Sequence record: NC_041917.1
DNA: 64,000 nt
Direction: 5' to 3' (one strand)
Positions within the stretch are counted from its first letter, which is position 1. Each line of letters starts with the position of its first letter. Below, piece after piece: positions 14,853 to 23,753 of this stretch. The notes beneath the pieces are model-generated. The model had not been told where the DNA came from. It ran no database searches and saw nothing but the letters and a program-made list of their open reading frames with translations. The position numbers and the translations under genes are program-made.

Positions 14853-14924
14853 GGAGCTATCGTATATCGGTTAGTATACTCCCCTGTCACGGGAGAGAGG
14901 CGGGTTCGATTCCCGCTAGTTCCG
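14853..14924 (+). tRNA. tRNA-Asp(GUC)
   Basis: CTCCC-CTGTCAC-GGGAG. Confidence 0.95.
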
Positions 14925-14931
14925 CAAAAAT

Positions 14932-15195
14932 ATGAATAAGAAAGCTAAAAAACGTATTTTTAATACTGTGATAGAAACATCATCAGAACATTGTAAGTAC
15001 AATTACTGGTATCATAATCTTCTTAGAAAAACAATTTTACTTATGTCTAAAGGAAAGTATCGTAAATCTGAAAAAGAGATTATACAAATACTTACTGCAA
15101 GACATGGTAAACCCAAATATAATCCTACGCCAGAACAACATGATGAAATGGTTCGTTTAGAACAAAGTGTTGGTCTAATGTGTGGTGTTAAATAA
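14932..15195 (+). CDS. basic hypothetical protein
   Basis: ORF track. Confidence 0.55.
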   Translation: MNKKAKKRIFNTVIETSSEHCKYNYWYHNLLRKTILLMSKGKYRKSEKEIIQILTARHGKPKYNPTPEQHDEMVRLEQSVGLMCGVK

Positions 15196-15198
15196 ATT

Positions 15199-15304
15199 GG
15201 TAATAAAGAGTGTAAGGGTTAGTACTTAGTATCATATTCCCCCTCTACTTTCATCCCCCATAAATTGGGTTCTAGTCGTAGACACAAAGAAGTACTTTAT
15301 TACC
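15199..15304 (+). ncRNA. candidate structured RNA
   Basis: 10-bp closing stem GGTAATAAAG/CTTTATTACC in ORF-free gap. Confidence 0.35.
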
Positions 15305-15384
15305 CGCGATTTTCCTGAAAGGGTGACGATGTGAATAGTGCATATCCTTGTAGTATGGGACAGTACTACATTTTTATAAATAAA

Positions 15385-15592
15385 TTGGAATAGAGAATGA
15401 GACTGCCCTCACTATTCGACGCTTTAAGTAGCTAGCAGACGTTTACTGCATGTAATAAATATGATAGTAGGTTGCAATTCATATTGTTGTGCGGTATCAT
15501 GCAACCACTTTGGATAAAGGTCAAGAAACTAGATTCTCTTTATCGACGCTTTAAGTAGCTTTCTAGAGAGTACTTTCGGGTACTCATTCCAA
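15385..15592 (+). ncRNA. candidate structured RNA with internal 18-nt direct repeat
   Basis: TTGGAAT/ATTCCAA closing stem; TCGACGCTTTAAGTAGCT twice; UUCG hairpin. Confidence 0.5.
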
Positions 15593-15606
15593 ATATTATA
15601 AACACT

Positions 15607-15680
15607 GTTCTCGTAGCTCATTCGGATAGAGCGTCACGCTACGAACGTGAAGGTAGTAGGTTCGATCCCTTCCGAGAACG
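15607..15680 (+). tRNA. tRNA-Arg(ACG)
   Basis: TCACG-CTACGAA-CGTGA. Confidence 0.9.
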
Positions 15681-15699
15681 CACATTAAAGGTCATTAAG

Positions 15700-15927
15700 A
15701 TGAAATCACTAGTAACTATGGTAAAAGACAAAAAAGTCTATTTTAGCCATTATCAAAACAACGAGTTATGGTACAGTACTGAATGCGGATTTATGTTTCC
15801 GGTTCCGGTATCTGATACTGGTAATGCAGAATTTAAAAACGAAGATAAAGCTACGTTCTTTATACGTTGGATTCGGAAACATCTTGAGATGATTGCTGAT
15901 GAGAGTCAAGCACAATCTGTCAATTGA
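15700..15927 (+). CDS. conserved phage hypothetical protein
   Basis: LWY..ECGFMFPVPVSDTG pattern. Confidence 0.7.
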   Translation: MKSLVTMVKDKKVYFSHYQNNELWYSTECGFMFPVPVSDTGNAEFKNEDKATFFIRWIRKHLEMIADESQAQSVN

Positions 15928-16228
15928 TGATTGGAAAACTATACATAATGTATTAAATGAGTACTACACTTCTGGTGAAGATGCTTTACATTATGGAAAC
16001 GTATATTATGAGTACTGGATGCACTATTGCACCTTTATGGGAACTAGCTTTAACTTTACGGATGAATACATTCAGTTTGGTGAAACACGTTCCTATATAG
16101 ATAAAGTACTTGATGAAGAATCACATTTTCAATTAAGTACTGTGTACAATTTCTACGATCTAACATTCGAAGATATTACAGCACTTAAAGAAATCTATAT
16201 ATTCAAACGCGGGGAACCTACACCATAG
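15893..16228 (+). CDS. hypothetical protein (EExxFQ family)
   Basis: EESHFQLST. Confidence 0.7.
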   Translation: MLMRVKHNLSIDDWKTIHNVLNEYYTSGEDALHYGNVYYEYWMHYCTFMGTSFNFTDEYIQFGETRSYIDKVLDEESHFQLSTVYNFYDLTFEDITALKEIYIFKRGEPTP

Positions 16229-16258
16229 GTTCCCTTTTTTTATATCTGGAGTTTATTA

Positions 16259-16618
16259 ATGGAAGATATTAATTCGACTATAGTAAAAAATACAAAGATA
16301 GTTAGAACATTTGAACAAATATCTTTTGACGATATTAAAACGTACTTACCACATCTTAATATAGTTAGGGGTACTAAAGAGTCAATGACAGGAAGTACAA
16401 GATTGTTTAGTATTTCCTTATCAGATAGTGAATCTGTATTAGTCTCACGTGATGTTATCATGTATATATTTGATAAAACTTTTGTTAAATTTAATACTAA
16501 TATTACTGAAGAACAAATGTTTCAAGATAGTACTAGAGTTAATTATGGTAATCTTGCACCAGAAACTTTACCGTACTTGAGAGAGTTAATACAACTTCTT
16601 GACCATTTGTGGAAATAA
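16259..16618 (+). CDS. hypothetical protein (EExxFQ family)
   Basis: EEQMFQDST. Confidence 0.7.
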   Translation: MEDINSTIVKNTKIVRTFEQISFDDIKTYLPHLNIVRGTKESMTGSTRLFSISLSDSESVLVSRDVIMYIFDKTFVKFNTNITEEQMFQDSTRVNYGNLAPETLPYLRELIQLLDHLWK

Positions 16619-16621
16619 ATT

Positions 16622-17047
16622 ATGAATGTATTTGAAACGTGTTTTTTATATGCAAGTGATGGTAACCAAAATAAAACAATTCGAAGTGTAGATGATGACA
16701 AAGCTCTATTCATGTACAAAGTCATAACCGAATATGATTCTTCAATTGAACAAAATGTGTGTATTTTAATGATTACCATATTTGAGGCCAGTGAAACATT
16801 AATATTTGCCTTTGGTATATCTGAACAATATCCAGATATTGGAATTTCAATTATGAAAGTACAAGGTAATAAAACCTTACATTGCAGTGATGTAAGTACT
16901 GTAGAAGATTTAGAAGCACGTTTGTTTCAATTGGAAACAGTAGTTGATGTATATGATTTAGATACTTCTTTATTGGATAAAATGAATATTATTCGTGAAG
17001 TATTTTTAAATAAAAAAGATGAAACGGTGCTGAATAATCTGGTATAA
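16622..17047 (+). CDS. hypothetical protein (EExxFQ family)
   Basis: EARLFQLET. Confidence 0.7.
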   Translation: MNVFETCFLYASDGNQNKTIRSVDDDKALFMYKVITEYDSSIEQNVCILMITIFEASETLIFAFGISEQYPDIGISIMKVQGNKTLHCSDVSTVEDLEARLFQLETVVDVYDLDTSLLDKMNIIREVFLNKKDETVLNNLV

Positions 17048-17070
17048 TATCAGTACCTTAGAAAGAAATT

Positions 17071-17147
17071 CGGGGTGTAGCTCAGTTGATTAGAGTGCAT
17101 ATTTTGGGGATATGAAGCCGCTGGTTTGAGTCCAGCCATCCCGACCA
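17071..17147 (+). tRNA. tRNA-Pro(UGG)
   Basis: CATAT-TTTGGGG-ATATG, CCA. Confidence 0.9.
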
Positions 17148-17155
17148 ATACAAAA

Positions 17156-17229
17156 TCTCCGATTGGGTCATTGGTTGATCGCATAGTTTGGGACTATGAT
17201 TAAGGGTGTTCGATTCACTCATTGGAGAC
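17156..17229 (+). tRNA. second, divergent tRNA-Pro(UGG)
   Basis: CATAG-TTTGGGA-CTATG; acceptor TCTCCGA/TTGGAGA. Confidence 0.7.
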
Positions 17230-17295
17230 TAACTGTAGGTTTTGAGTTCAAAACCTACAACATTGATAAATATTCCATAACAGGGAGATTTATCA

Positions 17296-17892
17296 ATGAA
17301 AATAAATTTTACAAAAGAGCAGCTTTTGAAAGCATCTATTGGTATAACAAGAAAAGTTCATCTTTATAGGAATTTAGGTATTGCGAATACAAATAGTACA
17401 ACATCTAATAAAATAAAACAACTGTGTTTAGATAATGGTATTGATATAGAACAAATAATACACGACAATTTGTATGAATATAAATCATGTCCAGTGTGTG
17501 GAAATGAGTTTAAAGTTTCTAAACAATATGAAACACATAGTCCAAAAACCACTTGCTCACATTCTTGCTCTAATACCTACTTCAGAAGTGGTATTAATAA
17601 TGGTTCTCATGCCAAAGCCCTATCAACAGATAAAATTAGGAAGGCTAAAGAAAATTCTCAATACAGAACACTGTGTTTTCATTATCATGAAAAGAAATGT
17701 GTAGTATGTGGGGAGAAAAATATAGTTGCTGTTCATCATTATGATGAAAATCATTATAATAATGAACCATCAAATTTAATACCATTATGTCCAACGCATC
17801 ATGTTTATATGCATAGTAGTTTCAAACATTTAATTGAAGAACAAGTACACCAATATGTACTTAACTGGAAAAATAACAATAATGTACTATAG
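17296..17892 (+). CDS. HNH homing endonuclease
   Basis: CPVC, CSHSC, CVVC..VAVHHYDENHYNNEPSNLIPLCPTHH. Confidence 0.85.
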   Translation: MKINFTKEQLLKASIGITRKVHLYRNLGIANTNSTTSNKIKQLCLDNGIDIEQIIHDNLYEYKSCPVCGNEFKVSKQYETHSPKTTCSHSCSNTYFRSGINNGSHAKALSTDKIRKAKENSQYRTLCFHYHEKKCVVCGEKNIVAVHHYDENHYNNEPSNLIPLCPTHHVYMHSSFKHLIEEQVHQYVLNWKNNNNVL

Positions 17893-18235
17893 AATATGCA
17901 CAAAACCTTATTCTGACAGAGTTATTACCATGACGCATTTGAGGGGTTTTTATGGTGACTGGATAGAAGAATTTGGAATGAATTATAATGTTGATACTAA
18001 AGAATGGATGTTATGGTATTTGGAAAACAGAGAAAAAATTTATTTAGATTTTATATTATTAGATAAAAATATAGATCAATTTGAATTAGAAAATTATCCA
18101 GTTCCTTTAAAATCATTACAAATAATACAAGAATATATGTTATTCTTTTTATTACATGACAATAATCCATCATTTGTATTAAATGAAAAATTACAAATTG
18201 TAAGATATAATTATAAAGAAATAATATCGGAATAA
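17882..18235 (+). CDS. hypothetical protein
   Basis: ORF frame 17834..18235. Confidence 0.6.
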   Translation: MYYRICTKPYSDRVITMTHLRGFYGDWIEEFGMNYNVDTKEWMLWYLENREKIYLDFILLDKNIDQFELENYPVPLKSLQIIQEYMLFFLLHDNNPSFVLNEKLQIVRYNYKEIISE

Positions 18236-18241
18236 AGTACT

Positions 18242-18571
18242 ATGAAACGCAATAGACAAATGATATTAAGTACTGATTCAGTAACTGACATTAAAGTTAC
18301 TAAAATCAAAAATAAGTACCATGCACGACTATTCGTTAATGGTATCTTATCTGATGAAATGGCATGTTCCTTACGTTCAGATATTGGTTGGATTTGCCGA
18401 GAAATGATGCGTTGGTGTGATAAGTTAGGTGCAGGTAATGCACATACTACATCAGCTCGACGTAGACACAATGAAGATGCTGCTCCACGTGGTAAGGTAT
18501 ATTACTACAATGAGATTCAAACTAATATTCAAAAACATAAGGCCAAGAATAATGGAAAATTATCTTCCTAA
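18242..18571 (+). CDS. conserved phage hypothetical protein
   Basis: ORF track. Confidence 0.7.
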   Translation: MKRNRQMILSTDSVTDIKVTKIKNKYHARLFVNGILSDEMACSLRSDIGWICREMMRWCDKLGAGNAHTTSARRRHNEDAAPRGKVYYYNEIQTNIQKHKAKNNGKLSS

Positions 18572-18938
18572 ATCCGAATTAATAGTTGGAAGAACTTATA
18601 GTGGTTCATGTCGTAATTCTGATACGGCTGTATGGACTGGTACACAGTTTACTTATGAACGAGAAAAATTTGGTTCAACCTATAATGATAGTGTTAATCA
18701 TCCAGAAGATGATGATAACTATGATTTGTTTTATCCCACAGAACTTTTGAAAGAAACATATCTACCTAAATATAAATTAGTAATAGGTGCATGGTATCAC
18801 GGATATGGTTGCTCATCACAAGCAATGTGGATTGGTAATATGTTTATGTATAATTATGGAAATACTGAAAAAGAAGCAAAACATGTTGATGATAGTACTG
18901 AAAATTGCTTTATTCCGTACAGAAAAATAGATACTTAA
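18552..18938 (+). CDS. hypothetical protein with duplicated domain
   Basis: LIVGRTYSG..A.W.G..F.Y repeated as LVIGAWYHG..AMWIGNMFMY. Confidence 0.7.
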   Translation: MENYLPKSELIVGRTYSGSCRNSDTAVWTGTQFTYEREKFGSTYNDSVNHPEDDDNYDLFYPTELLKETYLPKYKLVIGAWYHGYGCSSQAMWIGNMFMYNYGNTEKEAKHVDDSTENCFIPYRKIDT

Positions 18939-18945
18939 AATCAGT

Positions 18946-19023
18946 GGTGGCTATAAGCATAGTTGGTTAATGTTCCTGCCTGTGACGCAGATGACGTGGG
19001 TTCGACTCCCACTAGCCACACCA
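18946..19023 (+). tRNA. tRNA-His(GUG)
   Basis: CTGC-CTGTGAC-GCAG, G-1, CCA. Confidence 0.9.
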
Positions 19024-19040
19024 ACAATAGGAGTACTATC

Positions 19041-19307
19041 ATGAGCGTAGAAAAAATCCTCAGTAAAATGAGACAAAATAAAAGAGATTGGTCAATGCCG
19101 AAACTACTTACAGTAGCAAGTAAGCTGAACATCCCGTACTCGAATCATAGATCAAGTCATTATATATTCAAGTACGAAGGTATAACAGATAATCTGAGTA
19201 TCCCCGAAAATAAAAAAGATATTCATCCAGATTATATAACAAAATTCCTGAGATTCGTAGATAGAGTACTGGAATTGCAATCAAATAATGGGTCTGTAGC
19301 TCAGTAG
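19041..19307 (+). CDS. HicA-like toxin/RNase
   Basis: AGGAG RBS; KILSKMRQNKRDW ... SSHYIF ... LSIP ... HPDYITKF HicA-like pattern. Confidence 0.6.
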   Translation: MSVEKILSKMRQNKRDWSMPKLLTVASKLNIPYSNHRSSHYIFKYEGITDNLSIPENKKDIHPDYITKFLRFVDRVLELQSNNGSVAQ

Positions 19308-19367
19308 GTTTAGAGCGTTGGTTTGAAACACCAAAGGTCGAGGGTTCGATTCCCTCTGGACCCACCA
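19290..19367 (+). tRNA. tRNA-Phe(GAA)
   Basis: TTGGT-TTGAAAC-ACCAA, CCA. Confidence 0.9.
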
Positions 19368-19375
19368 TAAAAAAC

Positions 19376-19404
19376 TTGACTTCAGATAGTCAGTGTGATA
19401 TAAT
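19376..19404 (+). promoter_or_regulatory. sigma70-type promoter
   Basis: TTGACT-N17-TATAAT. Confidence 0.75.
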
Positions 19405-19437
19405 TTTTGCACTGATTAATGATAAAGGAAATGAATA

Positions 19438-19875
19438 ATGTCATCGCAAGTAAAAGCTACCATTGAGTTCGTTAAATCCAATTCAATTGAAAATACACGT
19501 GAAGTAGAAAGTGTATCTATTGTTGGTAAAAGTAAAGAAGCTTTGCATTCACAAGTTTCTTCCATGATCGACACGTGGGTAAGTACTATCAAAGATGATT
19601 CAGGTGCTGTTGTTTTTCAGTGTTATCTGAAAAATGTAAAATACAATGATATTAATATTGCAAGTAAACCAGTACTGGATGCTTCAGTATTAATGACTAA
19701 GGATGAAATGTTCGATTTCATTTCTAACAATCAAGTATACATCACTCCAGACACTCGTTTTTGGGTAGATGATGAAGGTAATGATGTAAAAATCACTACT
19801 ACTATTCAAATTAATAATAAGTCATACGATGGCATGACACTTGAAGATGCGATTTTAAGCTACATTAATAGCTAA
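19438..19875 (+). CDS. hypothetical protein
   Basis: AAGGA RBS. Confidence 0.75.
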   Translation: MSSQVKATIEFVKSNSIENTREVESVSIVGKSKEALHSQVSSMIDTWVSTIKDDSGAVVFQCYLKNVKYNDINIASKPVLDASVLMTKDEMFDFISNNQVYITPDTRFWVDDEGNDVKITTTIQINNKSYDGMTLEDAILSYINS

Positions 19876-20064
19876 AAATGAACTTCCTCAAGCGACTGTT
19901 CTGTGGTCACTATATTAGTATGGAAGTGTGTAAGATACAGTATCACACTTCTAGTACTGAACTAATTTATACTAAAATCTGTAAAGATTGTGGTAAAAAA
20001 TTAGGAATATCCAGAACAAAAAACATTGATAAAAATGGCAATTCATGTTAGAATTGCTTTAATT

Positions 20065-20151
20065 GGGTCGTTCACTCAGTTGGTTAGAGTACCGGACTTT
20101 TAATCCGGCGGGTATATCCCATCGAAGGTTCGAATCCTTCACGGCCTACCA
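20065..20151 (+). tRNA. tRNA-Lys(UUU) with long variable arm
   Basis: CCGGA-CTTTTAA-TCCGG then GGG-TATAT-CCC arm; CCA. Confidence 0.9.
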
Positions 20152-20171
20152 ATTTAAATAAGGAAACATTT

Positions 20172-20708
20172 ATGTTCAGTACTGAATTCATTCCTACTAG
20201 TATTAGCATGTCTTCACTTGTGGGTATTAGTGGTGAGTTCCCACGTGGTCGAGGAAACTATATTAGTACACGTAATAATCATACAGGCGAAAACTTTTCT
20301 ATTATCAATCTAAGTTATGAAGATTTAGAAGATGCGAAAAGTTTAGGTCTTATCGGTGATACTATGCAAGCTGAAGTATATGGTGAAGGTACTGATAAAG
20401 TCGCTTTCATTATTGATGAACGTTTTCCTCCAATCTGCCTTACTCCTGAATGGTGGTATGGAAGCCGTCATCATTTCAAAATACCAGTACTTCGTCGTAA
20501 GTTTGGTGTTCCTGATGGTGTGTGTTTGTGTGAATTTGTTCCATCACGTGCTTCGGCTATTCATTTCCATAATTATGGGTACTCACAGATACCAGGGTAC
20601 ATTGTTAAGAATGGTACATGTACCGAATGTAAAACTGAAGTTCGTACTGTAGACATTGATAAACGTCAATCTATGGTTGGTAACATAGTAACTATTAAAG
20701 GTGCATAA
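20172..20708 (+). CDS. hypothetical protein (C-terminal CxxC)
   Basis: AGGA RBS. Confidence 0.7.
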   Translation: MFSTEFIPTSISMSSLVGISGEFPRGRGNYISTRNNHTGENFSIINLSYEDLEDAKSLGLIGDTMQAEVYGEGTDKVAFIIDERFPPICLTPEWWYGSRHHFKIPVLRRKFGVPDGVCLCEFVPSRASAIHFHNYGYSQIPGYIVKNGTCTECKTEVRTVDIDKRQSMVGNIVTIKGA

Positions 20709-20835
20709 TGAAACCTGAACAATGGATTATTGATGACATGCGTAGTATGCGTTCTATTAAGGAGCGTACTGAAATTGAACAATCATATCTTGAATTACTT
20801 CAATGGTATTGTTCAGTACTTAACGGGAAGGATAA

Positions 20836-21150
20836 ATGAATTTAACTTTAATTATCGTTGCTGGTATGTTAGTACTGGCAGCAGGATTGATATACTTAGC
20901 TAATAAAAAGATTGCAGCTAATGTATATACAAGAACATATCTTGAAATTCATGGACAAGATCCTGCGAATGCAAAGAAAAGTCCATATAGTATTGTTCGA
21001 ACATATAACCGTTGGGATGAATCTCGTTATACAGTAGTTGAGAAGGGGAAACCCGTTTCACCAGTACTGACTTCATTGAATGAAGCTAAAAAATCAATGT
21101 GGGAACTTGAATCATTAAACAATTATGATAAATCCAAGTTTAAGGATTAA
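20836..21150 (+). CDS. membrane-anchored protein, tandem paralogue 1
   Basis: N-terminal TM, KSPY. Confidence 0.7.
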   Translation: MNLTLIIVAGMLVLAAGLIYLANKKIAANVYTRTYLEIHGQDPANAKKSPYSIVRTYNRWDESRYTVVEKGKPVSPVLTSLNEAKKSMWELESLNNYDKSKFKD

Positions 21151-21152
21151 TT

Positions 21153-21476
21153 ATGTCACTAACAACCTTAGTATTTTTGATGTTTGGTGCAGCGTGTATT
21201 ACATTGATTACAAACAAAATGATTGCAGCGACTATCTATAATCGTAGTACTGGTAACTTTGGTAAGAAAAGTCCATATGGACTTTCTCGTGAACAAGGTG
21301 TAGATAAAAAGTGGGGATATTGCATCACTAAACATGGAAAAATCCTCCGTGGCAATGATGGTTATGGATCAGCACCAGTATATCTATCTATAGCAAAAGC
21401 AGTCAAAGACATGAATGTTATGGAAGCAATTGAGGGTTATAAACTGACCACAATTAATTTAGAGGAAAATACATGA
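21153..21476 (+). CDS. membrane-anchored protein, tandem paralogue 2
   Basis: TM, KSPYGLSRE..WGYCITK. Confidence 0.7.
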   Translation: MSLTTLVFLMFGAACITLITNKMIAATIYNRSTGNFGKKSPYGLSREQGVDKKWGYCITKHGKILRGNDGYGSAPVYLSIAKAVKDMNVMEAIEGYKLTTINLEENT

Positions 21477-21784
21477 ATATTTTAATTATTTGTACTACTA
21501 TCATGTTTATTTCTGCATTAATTGCATTAATGGTTAATCGTTCAATTGCCGCACGTATATATGAGCGTACTATATTAGATTTAGCACAATCTGATCTACC
21601 AGATAGCCCATATGGTGTTAGTCGTGAGCCACGTGGTGACGGTTCTTGGGGATATTGTATTACCAAAAATGGTAAAATAGTATTCAGTAGTGATACTGCA
21701 CAAATATTTCCAAGTATTGGTACAATTATCAATGAAATTAATAAACTTGAAAAAATTGAAGGATATAAACTAACTCGTGTTTAA
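21473..21784 (+). CDS. membrane-anchored protein, tandem paralogue 3
   Basis: TM, SPYGVSRE..WGYCITK. Confidence 0.7.
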   Translation: MNILIICTTIMFISALIALMVNRSIAARIYERTILDLAQSDLPDSPYGVSREPRGDGSWGYCITKNGKIVFSSDTAQIFPSIGTIINEINKLEKIEGYKLTRV

Positions 21785-21959
21785 ATCTAAATGCCCTCGC
21801 TGTGGCTGTACTGGTATTCATGCCTGTATGGGCGACACAGCGAAATTAAAAAAGGTTGACATGGCCTCAATAAGCATGTATAGTACCTTGGAAGAAGCGA
21901 TTGAACACATTCGACGTGAGGAAGCCAAAAAATGCAAGACCAAAAAGAAAAAACGGTAG
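21777..21959 (+). CDS. small Zn-ribbon protein
   Basis: CPRCGCTGIHAC. Confidence 0.55.
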   Translation: MFKSKCPRCGCTGIHACMGDTAKLKKVDMASISMYSTLEEAIEHIRREEAKKCKTKKKKR

Positions 21960-22150
21960 CCGTTATCGAGTATTTTGAACTGGCATATGGTGCTGAAGAA
22001 CGACGATTGTTTCAAGTGTTTGAAAGTACCGCTTCATTTGAGAAGTATTGCATTGATAACAATATAGAGATCCGTAAAACTGGTTATGGAACTTATTACT
22101 CTGATGCAACTTATGCATACAATGTTAAAGTTATGGTGGTTAACCAATGA
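21932..22150 (+). CDS. hypothetical protein
   Basis: ORF track. Confidence 0.55.
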   Translation: MQDQKEKTVAVIEYFELAYGAEERRLFQVFESTASFEKYCIDNNIEIRKTGYGTYYSDATYAYNVKVMVVNQ

Positions 22151-22401
22151 TTTTAAGTACTGGTGAAGCTGCATTAGCACTGTTAGTATGGCAATCGTTT
22201 CTTACCTTACTAGCTTATATGCAATATTTGGTTGATAGTTCTAAAAAAGATTATCGTGAATATCTGGCACTCATCGAGCGTACTAAAGGTAAATTCAGAA
22301 AACAATTATATACAATTTATGATTGCATTGATAATATTTTAGGATTTTGGATAGTTGGTTGTTTACCAAGCATAGGATTTTTGATTTATATTTTCAAATA
22401 A
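22147..22401 (+). CDS. membrane protein
   Basis: two hydrophobic segments. Confidence 0.6.
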   Translation: MILSTGEAALALLVWQSFLTLLAYMQYLVDSSKKDYREYLALIERTKGKFRKQLYTIYDCIDNILGFWIVGCLPSIGFLIYIFK

Positions 22402-22448
22402 TCCTTTACAGTACTGACAGTTCGTAGTACTATTTTAATTAAGAAATT

Positions 22449-22533
22449 GGCATCGTCGCATAGCGGCAATTGCAGGAGACTGTAAATCTCTCGCCTTCGG
22501 GCTTCGTTGGTTCGAGTCCAACCGGTGCCACCA
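22449..22533 (+). tRNA. tRNA-Tyr(GUA)
   Basis: GGAGA-CTGTAAA-TCTCT, UUCG variable arm, CCA. Confidence 0.95.
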
Positions 22534-22559
22534 ATTCAACTCTTTATAAAGGAAATTAT

Positions 22560-22835
22560 ATGTTCAATCCATATATTTCATATGTACCAATGAGTGAAGA
22601 AGAAGCAAAAAATGTTAAACCACGAGAAATACTGAATGACCATTATACGTGGGTACAAGGTACTTCTATGGTAGGAAGTAAAGTAGTGAAACGTTCAGGT
22701 AGGCCGTTCAAAAGTCAACTTAAATGTAATACATGTACGGGTATAGTCCGTAATCCACACACCCATCTATGGGCATTAACATTTGCTGATGATGATAGTA
22801 TTGTGGATGTTAAGCAACTAAAACTGGAGTCTTAA
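22560..22835 (+). CDS. hypothetical protein
   Basis: AAGGA RBS, ATG 22560. Confidence 0.7.
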   Translation: MFNPYISYVPMSEEEAKNVKPREILNDHYTWVQGTSMVGSKVVKRSGRPFKSQLKCNTCTGIVRNPHTHLWALTFADDDSIVDVKQLKLES

Positions 22836-23035
22836 TGGTTCATGTGATAAAATACACCGAATCCGAACGTGGATGGGGTGGTGAAGTATGGTATCGTGAA
22901 TTCAGTACTGAAAAAGATGCACGTGCAGAAGTTATGGATACCAATAAAGATTTACCTGAAGCTGTTCCAGACTGGTATATTCAAGCTGAATATATTGGTG
23001 AAATGGAAAAAGCACCAGAAGGTTATAAGTTTTAA
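22835..23035 (+). CDS. hypothetical protein
   Basis: GGAG RBS. Confidence 0.7.
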   Translation: MVHVIKYTESERGWGGEVWYREFSTEKDARAEVMDTNKDLPEAVPDWYIQAEYIGEMEKAPEGYKF

Positions 23036-23131
23036 CAATATTCTCAGGTTAAGCAGGAAACATTCGTAAAGTACTGCGTTCATACACCAATGAGCCTGAA
23101 TTTTTAATTAATCCAGTGTAGGATATATCTA

Positions 23132-23443
23132 ATGAAATATATTTTAGTACTTATCTCTGCTTTACTCATAACTGGTTGTGAACCAGTAAGTGCTGATAAT
23201 ACCAGTACTAACGCTCCTAAACAAAATAATTCCAAATATGATTCTAATGAATCAAACTTCGATCCAGTTCGTCTATCTGAAAATACAGTTGTTTTATATG
23301 GTACTAGTAACAATCAAGTACTTCTAAAACGAGTGGAAGATGTTGATGGTACATGCTGGGTAACTTTGAATACCAAAAATTGGGATTCATCGGTTAGTTG
23401 TGTACGAAAAGAACATACACAAACAGAAACAACTGCACACTAA
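23132..23443 (+). CDS. putative lipoprotein
   Basis: signal peptide with lipobox LITGC. Confidence 0.7.
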   Translation: MKYILVLISALLITGCEPVSADNTSTNAPKQNNSKYDSNESNFDPVRLSENTVVLYGTSNNQVLLKRVEDVDGTCWVTLNTKNWDSSVSCVRKEHTQTETTAH

Positions 23444-23519
23444 AATTTACATCATTCATAAGTACTTCAATTCTAAATAATTAGCAGACAACAAGTTCTG
23501 TTTTTATTATGGAGTACTT

Positions 23520-23708
23520 ATGAGCATTTTAATTAAGATTTGGTCAGTGATTGTATTGGTAGTAGGTAAGATTTGGGCAGAATTGACCAAAGAGCCAGCT
23601 AATAATGTGCTAGATACTGATGCACCAGCAGATGAACCTGCTAGTGAAGAACCAGTTCAACCAGCACCGGAAGCCACCGTTGACAATACAGAGGAACCTA
23701 AGCAATAA
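23520..23708 (+). CDS. small membrane-anchored acidic protein
   Basis: GGAG RBS. Confidence 0.65.
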   Translation: MSILIKIWSVIVLVVGKIWAELTKEPANNVLDTDAPADEPASEEPVQPAPEATVDNTEEPKQ

Positions 23709-23753
23709 AAAGGGAAAAGATTTCCCTTGACAGCCAAAAGGATTTAATATAGA

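Noticed and set aside
15416-15560. 18-nt direct repeat as a CRISPR array
   Set aside because: Only two copies 127 nt apart, too short, and no cas genes.
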